This document shows, piece after piece, positions 21,850 through 31,309 of a stretch of DNA of 64,000 nucleotides. The position numbers were made by a program, and so were the translations under genes. The stretch comes from Candidatus Multivorans sp. (GTDB lineage Bacteria > Acidobacteriota > Thermoanaerobaculia > Multivoradales > Multivoraceae): NCBI GenBank assembly GCA_965224025.1, contig OZ245033.1, positions 2,880,001 to 2,944,000 on the forward strand, read 5' to 3'. Each line of letters starts with the position of its first letter. The stretch's first letter is position 1. The notes under the pieces were generated by a model. That model was not told the DNA's origin. It was given only the letters and a program-made list of their open reading frames with translations, and ran no database searches.

Positions 21850-23022
21850 TCAGGCCCAGTTTTCTTCGTGGAGCCGTGACCAAGGCACCAGCCGCGCACC
21901 GGAGCGCTGCTGTGTCTGGTCGCCGCCGTAGACCACGACCTTCTCGCAGGGGCGACCAGCCTGCTCGATCGTGGCGCCGACCCGCCGCGCCGAGCCGAGC
22001 AGCCGGGCGGTGGCGGTCTGAGAGGACTTCGCCTCCACCAGCGTCAGGCGGTCGCCACGCTCGATAATCAGGTCCGCCTCCGCGCCTCCCTGATCCCGGT
22101 AGAAGCACAGGCCGCCGCTTTCGCCGCGGTTCGTGCGGTGCTTCGCGATCTCGGTGACCATCCAGGTTTCGAACAGGGGGCCACGCAGCGGATGGGAGCG
22201 CAACTGGTCCGCAGACCGGATACCCAGCAGCCAGCAGGCCAGCCCCGCGTCGTAGAAGTGCAGCTTGGGCGACTTGACCAGGCGCTTTCGCAGGTTGGCG
22301 TGGAACGGCCGCAGCCGGAAGGCGATGAAGCCCGCTTCGAGCACGTCGAGCCAGGACCTGGCGGTGGGCTGCGACACACCGCAGTCGGCCGCGAGCGACG
22401 AGTAGTTGAGCAACTGGCCGGTGCGGCCCGCGCATAGCTCGACGAAGCGCTGGAAGGCGGCGAGATCGCTGATGTTGGCTACCGCCCGCGCGTCGTGTTC
22501 CAGGTAGGTCGCCGTGTAGGCGGCCAACCAGTCGGTGGGGGCGATTCCGCGGTCAAGGATGGCGGGGTAGCCGCCCGTGAACAGAGCGTCTTCCAGGGTG
22601 GTCGGATGGCGGTCGAATCGGAGCGATTCGCCGTGGGACAAGGGCAGCAGATGCAACACCGCTGTCCGTCCCGCCAACGACTGGCTGACCGTCTTGAGCA
22701 GGGCCAGATTCTGAGAGCCGGTGAGGATGAACCGCCCGGGCCGTGGGTCGGCGTCGATCAGCCCTTGGAGGTAGGAGGGCAGGTCAGGCGCGCGCTGCAC
22801 CTCGTCAAGGATGGCGCCGTCCGGAAACTGGGCCAGGAAGGCGCGCGGATCGTCGAGGGCGAGACCGCGGACGTCCGGCGCTTCCAGGTTGGCGTATGCC
22901 AAGTGGGGAAAGAGCGCCTGGCACAGAGTCGACTTGCCGCTCTGGCGGGGCCCGGTCAGGGTGACGGCCGGGAACTGCCGCGCAGCCTGAAGGAGGCGGG
23001 GAGCTAGGTCGCGGTCGATCAT
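21850..23022 (-). CDS. AAA_14 ATPase + DUF4143 protein (second paralog)
   Basis: GPRQSGKST, ILDEVQR, FILTGSQN, KSPKLHFYDAGL, GPLFE, EADLII...LVEAK. Confidence 0.92.
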   Translation of the reverse strand: MIDRDLAPRLLQAARQFPAVTLTGPRQSGKSTLCQALFPHLAYANLEAPDVRGLALDDPRAFLAQFPDGAILDEVQRAPDLPSYLQGLIDADPRPGRFILTGSQNLALLKTVSQSLAGRTAVLHLLPLSHGESLRFDRHPTTLEDALFTGGYPAILDRGIAPTDWLAAYTATYLEHDARAVANISDLAAFQRFVELCAGRTGQLLNYSSLAADCGVSQPTARSWLDVLEAGFIAFRLRPFHANLRKRLVKSPKLHFYDAGLACWLLGIRSADQLRSHPLRGPLFETWMVTEIAKHRTNRGESGGLCFYRDQGGAEADLIIERGDRLTLVEAKSSQTATARLLGSARRVGATIEQAGRPCEKVVVYGGDQTQQRSGARLVPWSRLHEENWA

Positions 23023-23050
23023 GGCTGCGGCGGATTCTATGCCGCGGTCC

Positions 23051-23081
23051 GACAGATTCAAAATCGCACTTTGAATCTGTC
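23051..23081. promoter_or_regulatory. Perfect 12-bp inverted repeat, candidate operator
   Basis: GACAGATTCAAA-ATCGCAC-TTTGAATCTGTC, AT-rich, 28 bp upstream of the ATG at 23022. Confidence 0.6.
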
Positions 23082-23099
23082 AACCCGATCGATCATCGG

Positions 23100-23275
23100 A
23101 TGCGAGTTCGACACGGGTAACATCGCTGCCCGGTTTCCAACCGAAGGCGGCGATCGTCGCCGAGGGCAAGCTGGTCGTCCCGGGCTGGATCGACATCCAT
23201 ACCCACTTCGACGCCCAGGTGTCCTGGGACCCGTACCTGACGCCGTCGTGCTGGAACGGCGTGACGGCGATCTGG
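23100..23275 (+). pseudogene. N-acyl-D-amino-acid deacylase N-terminal fragment
   Basis: [34 protein letters not shown]. Confidence 0.75.
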
Positions 23276-23411
23276 CCGGTGGAGAGTCCGTCATCGCCGG
23301 CGCATTCGAGCTGGTTCAGGGGGTTCTCTTGAGGGTGAGGACGCGCTCCGCGGCTTGTCGGATGATCTGGAGGGCCTTGCTCGCGGACTGGGCTTCCTGC
23401 TCGAGATGCGC

Positions 23412-23600
23412 TCAAAGCCCGGATAACCGCGGTGCCGGCTCGACCTGGAAGACCTGCGGCTGCTGGTGCGCAGCTCCGTAGTACCGAGCGGCCGTCAAGA
23501 GCCCGGCATAGTAGGGGAGTCCCAGTGTCGCGGCCAGCCGCGCGAAGTCCGCCCGTTGGCCGGCCGCTCCCCTGGACGACTTGCCAGGCGGGCACGGATG
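23412..23600 (-). pseudogene. AbiEi-type (type IV TA) antitoxin fragment
   Basis: LGLPYYAGLLTAARYYGAAHQQPQVFQV. Confidence 0.7.
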
Positions 23601-23650
23601 TGTAACGATTACACACTCCATCCAGGACACCCTCAGGAGGATGAACCGAC

Positions 23651-23884
23651 ATGGCCCGACGCGTCAATATCATGATGGACGAGGACTCGTGGCGCGTGAT
23701 GCGGAAGCTGCCGCGCGGCGCCCGCAGCCGCGCTGTCAACGCCGCGATCCGCGAGTGGTCCGGGGCTTCCAGGAGGCGGGACGCTTCCGCCCGGATGGAT
23801 GCGCTGCGGGCGCGTCTGCCCGCAGTCCCGACAGATCGGATCGTTCGATGGATACGTGAGGAACGGGAGCGGCGGCGGCCGTGA
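23651..23884 (+). CDS. Putative antitoxin (RHH-like)
   Basis: 77 aa, AGGAGG upstream, RRVNIMMDE...RSRAVNAAIREW, GTGA overlap with the PIN gene. Confidence 0.7.
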   Translation: MARRVNIMMDEDSWRVMRKLPRGARSRAVNAAIREWSGASRRRDASARMDALRARLPAVPTDRIVRWIREERERRRP

Positions 23885-24303
23885 TCGTCACGCCCGACGC
23901 GTCGGTGCTCCTGAAGTGGGTGCTTCCGGGTGACGACGAGCAGGACACGGACGAGGCGCTCGCGCTGCGTGACGAGGCCGTCGCCGGAAGCCTCGATCTC
24001 GTCGTTCCTCAGCTCTGGATCTACGAGGTGGGCAACACGCTGGCGAGGCGGTTTCCCGACGATGCCGGCGAACTACTGGCGACGCTGGCAGACTTCGGCC
24101 TGACCGAAGCGAGAATGGACGCGAGGTGGAGAAGCCGCGCCGTGTCCCTGGCCGTGACGTACAGCGTCGCGTTCTACGACGCGGCGTACCATGCCGTGGC
24201 GCTCGGCCTTGGAGGCGTGTTCGTCACGGCGGACGAACGATACCTGCGCCGCGCGTCGGACGCCGGAGGCATATCGTCCCTGCGGCGCTGGCGCATGCCG
24301 TGA
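23881..24303 (+). CDS. vapC: PIN-domain toxin (VapC family)
   Basis: PDASVLLKW, YEVGN, FYDAAYHAVA, FVTAD. Confidence 0.88.
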   Translation: MIVTPDASVLLKWVLPGDDEQDTDEALALRDEAVAGSLDLVVPQLWIYEVGNTLARRFPDDAGELLATLADFGLTEARMDARWRSRAVSLAVTYSVAFYDAAYHAVALGLGGVFVTADERYLRRASDAGGISSLRRWRMP

Positions 24304-24330
24304 CCGACAGAGTCGCTGCCAGCTCGATCT

Positions 24331-25239
24331 CTAGGGCTCCTCGGTGTACTTCTCGCCAGCCTCCACCGCCACCGCGAGCCGATTCCGCGGCGTGGCCAGC
24401 GGGCACGTGGCGTATTCACTGAAGACGCAGGGCGGGTTGTAGGCCTTGTTGAAGTCGAGGATGGTGGCGCCGTCGGCGTCGGGGAGGTTGGCGGCGAGGT
24501 AGCGGCCGGCGGGATAGGTCGTGTCGCCGGTTGTGCCGTCGGCGAAGACGATGAAGAACCCATCGTCGGATCGGTAGGCCTCCAGCGACAGCGATTGCCC
24601 CTGGGCCTCGAACTCCAGGGTGCCGGGAACGGTCGGTTCCCAGCCGAGTCCCTCGACGACGGTGGCGACCCGGATCTTCCGGGGTTCGGGATAGGCCTCG
24701 AACCTTGCTTCGATCCGCCAGTCCTGGTCGGTGGGGTACGACTCGATGCCTGCGAAGGCCGTCACGGCGGGATGGTCGTAGTCGCGTAACCGCACTCCGA
24801 GCCGATCCATTCGCCGGATCACAGTCCACGACAGGGAGCCGTGGGTAAGCGGGGTGGGGCCATCCTCTTGATCGTCGACGAGGAGTATTTCGGTGACGGG
24901 AGATTCGCCGTGCAGGACCTCGACGCCCGGTTCGGCCCGGAAGGTGGCCGCGCCGTCCTCGACGACGAAGTTCCCGAGCTTCGGCGGCGCTGAGCCTTCG
25001 GGCGCGACGAGGTCGTTGCCGGCCGCGGTCCCGAAGCTGTTTGAGCCCTCTTCGAGCCAGTACAGGCCCGCCAGATTGAGCCAACCATCCGGGCCCTTGA
25101 GGCTCGCCACCCGATCGGCACGCCATTCCGCAAGAGCGCTCTCGTAGCGGGCAGGCTCTGCCTCCTCGCCCGTTGCCGGCTGAGCGAGGATGACCGCGGC
25201 CACCAGCAGCGCCCGGATTCGATGGTCGATTCCTGTCAC
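24331..25239 (-). CDS. DUF1684 family exported protein
   Basis: GWLNLAGLYWL, FADGTTGDTTYPAGRYL, LDFNKAYNPPCVFSEYATCPL. Confidence 0.9.
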   Translation of the reverse strand: MTGIDHRIRALLVAAVILAQPATGEEAEPARYESALAEWRADRVASLKGPDGWLNLAGLYWLEEGSNSFGTAAGNDLVAPEGSAPPKLGNFVVEDGAATFRAEPGVEVLHGESPVTEILLVDDQEDGPTPLTHGSLSWTVIRRMDRLGVRLRDYDHPAVTAFAGIESYPTDQDWRIEARFEAYPEPRKIRVATVVEGLGWEPTVPGTLEFEAQGQSLSLEAYRSDDGFFIVFADGTTGDTTYPAGRYLAANLPDADGATILDFNKAYNPPCVFSEYATCPLATPRNRLAVAVEAGEKYTEEP

Positions 25240-25369
25240 CGTCTGAAATCCTAGGACCGCGAGCGGCAGGAACCTAGGAACTACGGTTTATTGAACCTGC
25301 GGCGACTGGGCCGACTGTTAGACTGGCGCGCGTAACGTCACAGTCGGATCCTGATCTTCAGCCCGGGAG

Positions 25370-27185
25370 TTGGAGATGCACCAGCCACGACCGAGTCCGA
25401 GATGTCGCCCACGGGCGATTCGCGTGGGTTTCTTGTGTCTGTGTTGGCTTCTGGTGGAAGTTGGCTCTGCGTTCGCGGGCCCGCCTGTGACGCCGGCAGC
25501 CGCCCGGGCGTTCGACGCCGACGCACCGCACCGCGTGCTGATTTCGCGCCACTGCCTGGGTTGCCACAACAACCGGCTCAAGACGGCGGGACTCGAACTG
25601 GACGCCCTGGTGGAGCAGCACACGGGCCTCGACCGGGCGACCTGGGAGAAGGTCGCCCGCAAGCCGCGCGCGGCTACGAGTTCTCGATCCGTCTGGCCCG
25701 TGACCGCAACGAGCACGTCGAGGGTCTGCGCGAGCCGCACGACCTGGAGCTGCTGATCGACCGAGAGCGGATCGAGACCTTCACCGTCGAGCCGCCGGAT
25801 CTGATGAGCGACGTGGCGCTGAACTACCAGCCTTCCCAGGACGACGTCGACGATCACCTGGTCATCCGGGCGCCGGTGACGGCGTGGGCGCGGGCGATAC
25901 GCCAAGCCGGAAGAGTGTCTTCGTCTGCCGGCCGCGGAGCGCGGCCGGCGAGGACGGCTGTGCGCGGGAGATCCTGAAGCACCTGATGCGCCGCGCCTAC
26001 CGCCGGCCGGTGACGAACGACGAACTGCGAGGTCCCTTCGCTCTCCATGGCCAGGCGAAGGCCGACGGAGGATTCGAAGCCGGCATCGAGATGGGGCTGG
26101 CAGCGGTCCTGGTCAGCCCCGAGTTCCTGTTCCGGATCGAGCGGGCGCCCGAGGGCGCCGCGGCTGGACAGCCGTACCGGGTCAGCGACCTGGAACTCGC
26201 GTCGCGGCTCGCGTTCTTCCTCTGGAGCAGCATCCCGGACGACGAGCTGCTGTCCGCGGCGGAAGCAGGCGAACTGAGCGCCCCGGCTGAACTTGGGCGG
26301 CAAATCGAGCGGATGCTCGCCGATCCGAGGGCGGAGAACCTGGTCACCAACTTCGCGGCGCAGTGGCTGCACCTGCGCAACCTCGCCGCGGTCACGCCCG
26401 ACAAGCGCCTGTTCCCCGACTTCGACGAGAACCTCCGCCAGTCCCTGCGCCGCGAGACGGAACTGTTCTTCGGGAGCATCCTGCGCGAGGACCGCAGCGT
26501 CCTCGACCTGCTCCGGGCCGACTACACCTTCCTGAACGAGCGCTTGGCCAGGCACTACGGCATCCCGCACGTCTACGGCAGCCGGTTCCGCCGCGTCGAC
26601 CTGGACGACGAGAGCGCCCGCGGCGGGTTGCTGCGCCACGGCAGCATCCTGACCGTGACCTCCTTCGCCACCCGCACGTCGCCGGTCGTACGCGGCAACT
26701 GGGTGCTCGACAACCTGCTCGGCGTGCCGCCGCCCCCGCCGCCGCCCGACCTACCGGACCTGCCGAAGGCGAAGATCGTCGCCAGGGAGCTGCCGATTCG
26801 GGAGCGGCTCTCGGCGCACCGCGACAACCCGGCCTGTTCGGGCTGCCACCGGTTGATGGACCCGGTCGGTTTCGCACTCGAGAACTACGACGCGATCGGC
26901 CACTGGCGCACCGTGGACACGGGCACCCTGCTGGACAACTCGGTCTACCTCTACGGCAGCGGCATGGGCAACCCCAACGTCCACGACCACGTGAACCTGC
27001 CGATCATTGTCGCCGGCGGCGGTGGCCGGATTCGCGGCGGCCGCCACATCCGCCACGGCGAGCCGACGCCGATGGCAAACCACCATCTGAGTCTGCTCGA
27101 CAGCGTCGGCGTGCGGCTCGATTCCTTCGCCGACAGCACCGGCCGGATCGACACCCTTGCCGACCCGGTCCGTTTGGCGGGCTGA
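25370..27185 (+). pseudogene. DUF1592/PSD cytochrome-c-like protein with deletions, fused to a DUF1552 C-terminal fragment
   Basis: CLGCH, VLVSPEFLFR, ELASRLAFFLWSSIPD, TSPVVRGNW, CSGCH, then TLLDNSVYLYGSGMG...HDHVNLP. Confidence 0.82.
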
Positions 27186-27198
27186 AGGTGATGCGTAC

Positions 27199-27384
27199 CT
27201 GGGACCGCGGGCGTCCCGTCCGCATCGGCACCTGGGAACCCAGGTGGCGCGAATTCGCGCCACCTGCGAACCGCTCGGCGGGCCCGTCATCGGGCGCGCC
27301 GACGGCACGCGGGCATCCTGCCCGCATCCGACGAGTAGTGCGTAGGTCCGGGACTGGGTGCGCGGGCCTTCTGGCCCGCATCCG
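27199..27384. repeat. REP-like cluster (3 copies)
   Basis: CTGGGACCGCGGGCGTCCCGTCCGCATC; CGCGGGCATCCTGCCCGCATCCG; CTGGGTGCGCGGGCCTTCTGGCCCGCATCCG. Confidence 0.7.
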
Positions 27385-27399
27385 GCCGTCAGGCCGGGT

Positions 27400-28205
27400 T
27401 CTGGCTCCGGTTGCCGCGTTGACCGCCCTCCTCGCCGCTCCCGTCACGGCAGTAGCCGCCACCGCCGCAACCACCTCACCCCTCGCCGACGCCGCCGAAC
27501 GGCTCGACACCGCCACCCTCGAACGCCTCCTCGCCGCTCCGCCGGCTGTCGACCAAGTCAACGCCGCCCAGGTCGACGGCATGACCGCCCTCCATTGGGG
27601 CGTGTACCACGACCGCGGAGACGTCGTGGACCGCCTGCTCGACGCCGGCGCCGACGCCTCGGCCGCGAATCGCTACGGCGTCGTCCCGCTGTCCCTGGCC
27701 TGCGCCAACGGCAATCCGGAAGTCGTCGAATCGCTCCTGGCGGCTGGCGCCGACCCGAACGCCGTGCTGCCCGGCGGCCGCTCGGTGCGGCGACGCCGCT
27801 TCTCGTAGCCGTGACCAACGGTCACTTCGAACTGGCGGCCCGGCTGCTCGACGCGGGCGCCGACCCGAATGCCGCGCATCCGGGCTACACGCCGCTGCAC
27901 ATGCTGGCGCGCGTACGCAAGCCCGGCGCCGGGGACAACAACCCGCGGCCCGATGGCTCGGGCTCCATGGACGGCCTGGACTTCGTCCGCGACATGGTCG
28001 CGCACGGCGCCGACGTCGAGGCTCGCATGACGGTCAAGGCGCGCCTCAACAACACGAGCCTCAACGAGTTGGGGGCGTCGCCCTTCGTCCTTGCGGCGCT
28101 GGTCGCCGACGCGGACCTGATGCGGATGCTGGCGGAGTTGGGCGCCGACCCGCTGACCCGAACCGACGACGACTCGACGGCGCTGATGGCTGCGGCCGGG
28201 CTCCC
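27400..28205 (+). pseudogene. Ankyrin-repeat protein (partner of the DUF1592/DUF1552 operon), deleted/frameshifted
   Basis: DGMTALHW, NRYGVVPLSLAC, GATPLLVAV, GYTPLH, STALMAAAG. Confidence 0.8.
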
Positions 28206-28224
28206 CGCGCTGAGTGGTCTCCTC

Positions 28225-28914
28225 TTGCGACTGATCGCGGCGGTCCTGGGCGCGAACGACGGCCTGGTCTCCAACTTCAGCCTGGTCATGGGAGTGGCCG
28301 GCGGCACCGGAAACCTGGACTTTGTGCTGCTGGCGGGGACTGCCGGCCCGGACTCCGAGCCTGGACCGCATGGCGGCGGAGGGGATCCGGTTCACGCACT
28401 TCTACCCGGGAGCCACGGTGTGCGCGCCGTCCCGCAGCGTGCTGATGACCGGGCAGCAAACGGGGCACACCCATGTCCGCGGCAACGCTGCGCGAACTGC
28501 CCAGTCGCTTCGTGACGAGGACGTCACTGTCGCCGAGGTGTTGAAGTCCGCCGGCTACGCCACCGGGCTGTTCGGCAAGTGGGGCCTCGGCGAAGTCGAT
28601 ATGGAGGGGCATCCGCTCAAGCAGGGGTTCGACTCGTTCTTCGGGTACCCCCCGAGATTTACTACATCGAGCCGCTCGACGAGCGGGTTCCCGTCTACCA
28701 GAAGCCGTTCCGCCTGGTGCAGGAGGTCGTTGTGGAGGGTGATCGCGAATCGACAGCACAGCTCGCCGAGATCGATGCGTTGACGCTCACCGGCCGCCTC
28801 GACTACCAGGCGTGCGACGCCGGGATCTGTTTCAATCCGGCGTCGGTGCCGCTGACCTGGACGCTGGCCGTGTCGCCGCTCGACCGGCAGCGGGCACTCT
28901 CGGCGCGTGAGTAG
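28225..28914 (+). pseudogene. Stitched fragments of a VIT1/CCC1 transporter, an arylsulfatase N-terminus and a DsbD-N-like C-terminus
   Basis: [22 protein letters not shown]; [11 protein letters not shown]...[12 protein letters not shown]...FGKWGLG; LDYQACDAGICFNP. Confidence 0.75.
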
Positions 28915-29031
28915 GGGCCAGTGGAGCTATGTTGTTACAATAGTTGGCCTAAAGGCGAGGAACTGGCTGAGAGTTCGACCTTGGTGGCCTGACGCGTCGG
29001 TGCGCGTCGCCCAAAGAGCAACACTGGCTCC

Positions 29032-29872
29032 ATGATCACGAAGACGGATCAACGTCCGCTGAGTCCGAACGCTGAACTGCCGCCTTTCCCCGAGGGTTGG
29101 TACTTCGTCGCGAATCGCGAGTCGATTCTGCGGAAGAAACTGATCGAGAAGACCTGGATGGGGCAGGAGGTCGTCGCCTGGTGCGACGACGAGGGTCGCA
29201 TCTGCATCTCCGACGCGATCTGTCCACATCTGGGGTCGCACCTGGGGCCGACGGTTGGCGGCAAGGTCCGCGACGGTTGCCTGGTCTGTCCGTTTCACGG
29301 CTTCGAATTCGACGCGACTGGGCAGTGCGTGGCCACTCCACATGCTCCGCCGCCCAGCGGCGCGAAGCTGAACGTCTATGAGACGGCAGAGATTCTCGGC
29401 ATGGTCTTCGCCTGGTGGGGCGCCGCGGGACGGCCGTCCCTGTGGCGCCTGCCGGACGAGCCGCCTGCGGGCGCCGAGTGGAGCAAGCTGAGATCCTGCA
29501 CCTTGCGGTTCCGAGGCCATCCCCAGGAAACGACGGAAAACTCCGCTGTGGGTCCTCGCCACACCGGTCGACTGGACGTTGTGCGAAGTGAGGCTGGTCA
29601 GCCAAATGCACAAGCTACGCAAGCCGGGGCGCTTCGTTGCCGGTCTCCGCTTTCTGCCGGTAGCCCTACGCCATCGGCTGCTGAACTACGTGATGAACGG
29701 GCAGGAGAAGCGCTACGTCAAGCAGGATGTCGTCATCTGGGAGAGGAAACAGTACAAGTCTCCCCCCCGGCTGTGCCGCGCCGACGGTCCCATCGGGAAG
29801 TATCGCCAGTACTGTCGGCAGTTCTATCCGGAACTCGAGGCGGAACGCAGGCCGAAACTGCGGGCCATCTGA
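29032..29872 (+). pseudogene. Rieske oxygenase (KshA / sterol 7-desaturase-like), internally deleted
   Basis: FPEGWY, CPHLG...CPFHG Rieske motif, break after ETTENS, C-terminus QDVVIWERK...DGPIGKYRQYCRQFY. Confidence 0.8.
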
Positions 29873-29894
29873 GGGAAGGGCGGCGTCTCCGGAA

Positions 29895-31260
29895 TCAGGC
29901 TCTCGCCTTCCGGAACCTCCAGCCATGGAGGATGCGCCCGTAGTGGTTGAAGGTCCGCCGGGCGCCCGGGTCGTCGAACGGATAGTCCGCTCCGAGTTGC
30001 CTGGCTGCGGCCAGGCCGGTAACAAAGCAGGTCTCCTGGCTGTTGACCAGGGTGTGCGCTCCGCAGTGCCACGTCCGTCTCCTGCCTTGAATGAACTGGA
30101 ACAGGGGGGACGAGGAGGGCGATGTGTCGCACGTCGTGAACGACGTGCTGGAACCACTGCTGGTGGACGATCTTGCTCTCGTCGATCCGGCTGATGGGGT
30201 TGTAGGTCACCAGACAGGGCTTGTCCGACCGGTTGGCCCACGGCTGCTGGTTGTGCATGATGTAGGTGATCTCGTAGTTGTCCGGCCGCCCGCCGTACTG
30301 CTCGATGTGGTTGCTCCGCGTTTCGAGCGGTCTGACCTCGTTGTCGGGAAGAACCGAGGAGTCGCTGTGCACGACGGTGTTATTGTGCAGCTCGTTTTCG
30401 TAGCGAATGGAGGAGAGGAGATAGCGCTCCAGCATCGTGGGCCGGTCGAGCATCATCAACGTCTGGTTTGCGTTGCAGGCGAAGATGACGTCGTCGAACG
30501 TCTCCCGTACCCCGTCCTCGTCCTCGACCACAACGCCGGACGACTGCCGGTACACCTTGCGCACCGGACGTCCGAGGCAGACCCGGTCCCGGAAGTCTGC
30601 TGACAGCGCCTCGTAGATCAGTCGGGTCCCCTGGTCCCAAGTCCTCATGGGCGTGGCGCGTTCGATGTCGACGAACTCGAGATAGCGGGCGAACAGCGCG
30701 GCCGGCATGTCGAAGACGTTCGTCGCCATCAGGAAGTTGACGAACATCGGTTTCAGAACCTTGTACCGGAAGTCTCCGGACAGACCGTACAGATTCAGCA
30801 CCGTGCCCATGCTGATGTAGTTGAAAGGGTTGAGAGCGTTCAGCACTCTGGACCGGGCCCTGGTCAGAAAGGCGAACCGTTTGATTCTCTTCAGGACGCG
30901 CTGGAACTTCTCGATCTCGTCCTGCAGGTCCCGTCGTATGTCCGAATCGAAGTCGTGAGCATAGACGCCGCCTCGGTACCGGACGCTGTAGCTGAAACGG
31001 GTCTCGAGCAGTTCGATGCCGAACTCCTCGAGAAGCAGCACGACGTGATCGTAGACCGAAGGAATGCACGCGGTGACGGAGATGTCGAAGGGGATGGAGC
31101 TGCCGTCGTCCTGCGGCATGTCGGCGGTCACCGCGTTACCGCCGAGCCGGTCCTGGGCCTCGTACAGCAGGAAGTCGAAGCGGTCGGGATTCTGGCTGAG
31201 AGCCCAAGCGGCGCCGAGGCCGGACATGCCTCCGCCGACGATGGCGATGCGTCGCGCCAC
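29895..31260 (-). CDS. FAD/NAD-binding oxidoreductase (COG2907-like); frameshift in G6 run near 30104-30109
   Basis: IAIVGGGMSGL, LYEAQDRLGGNA. The other frame completes it (IQGRRRTWHCGAH...LGADYPF...KARA*). AGGAG before GTG 31260. Confidence 0.8.
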
Positions 31261-31309
31261 GGGGACCGTCTCCTGAGCCAGCCCAGCTACGCCAGTCGAG
31301 ACGACGGCG

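Noticed and set aside
20543-22435. 630-aa ORF as a real protein
   Set aside because: It is an off-frame reading of the DUF4143 gene plus intergenic DNA and fused remnants; only about 20950-21607 looks protein-like.
25249-25347. Two CCTAGGA copies and an 8-bp inverted repeat as further ends of the CTAG element
   Set aside because: No match to the L or R end sequences; more likely a divergent promoter region or chance.
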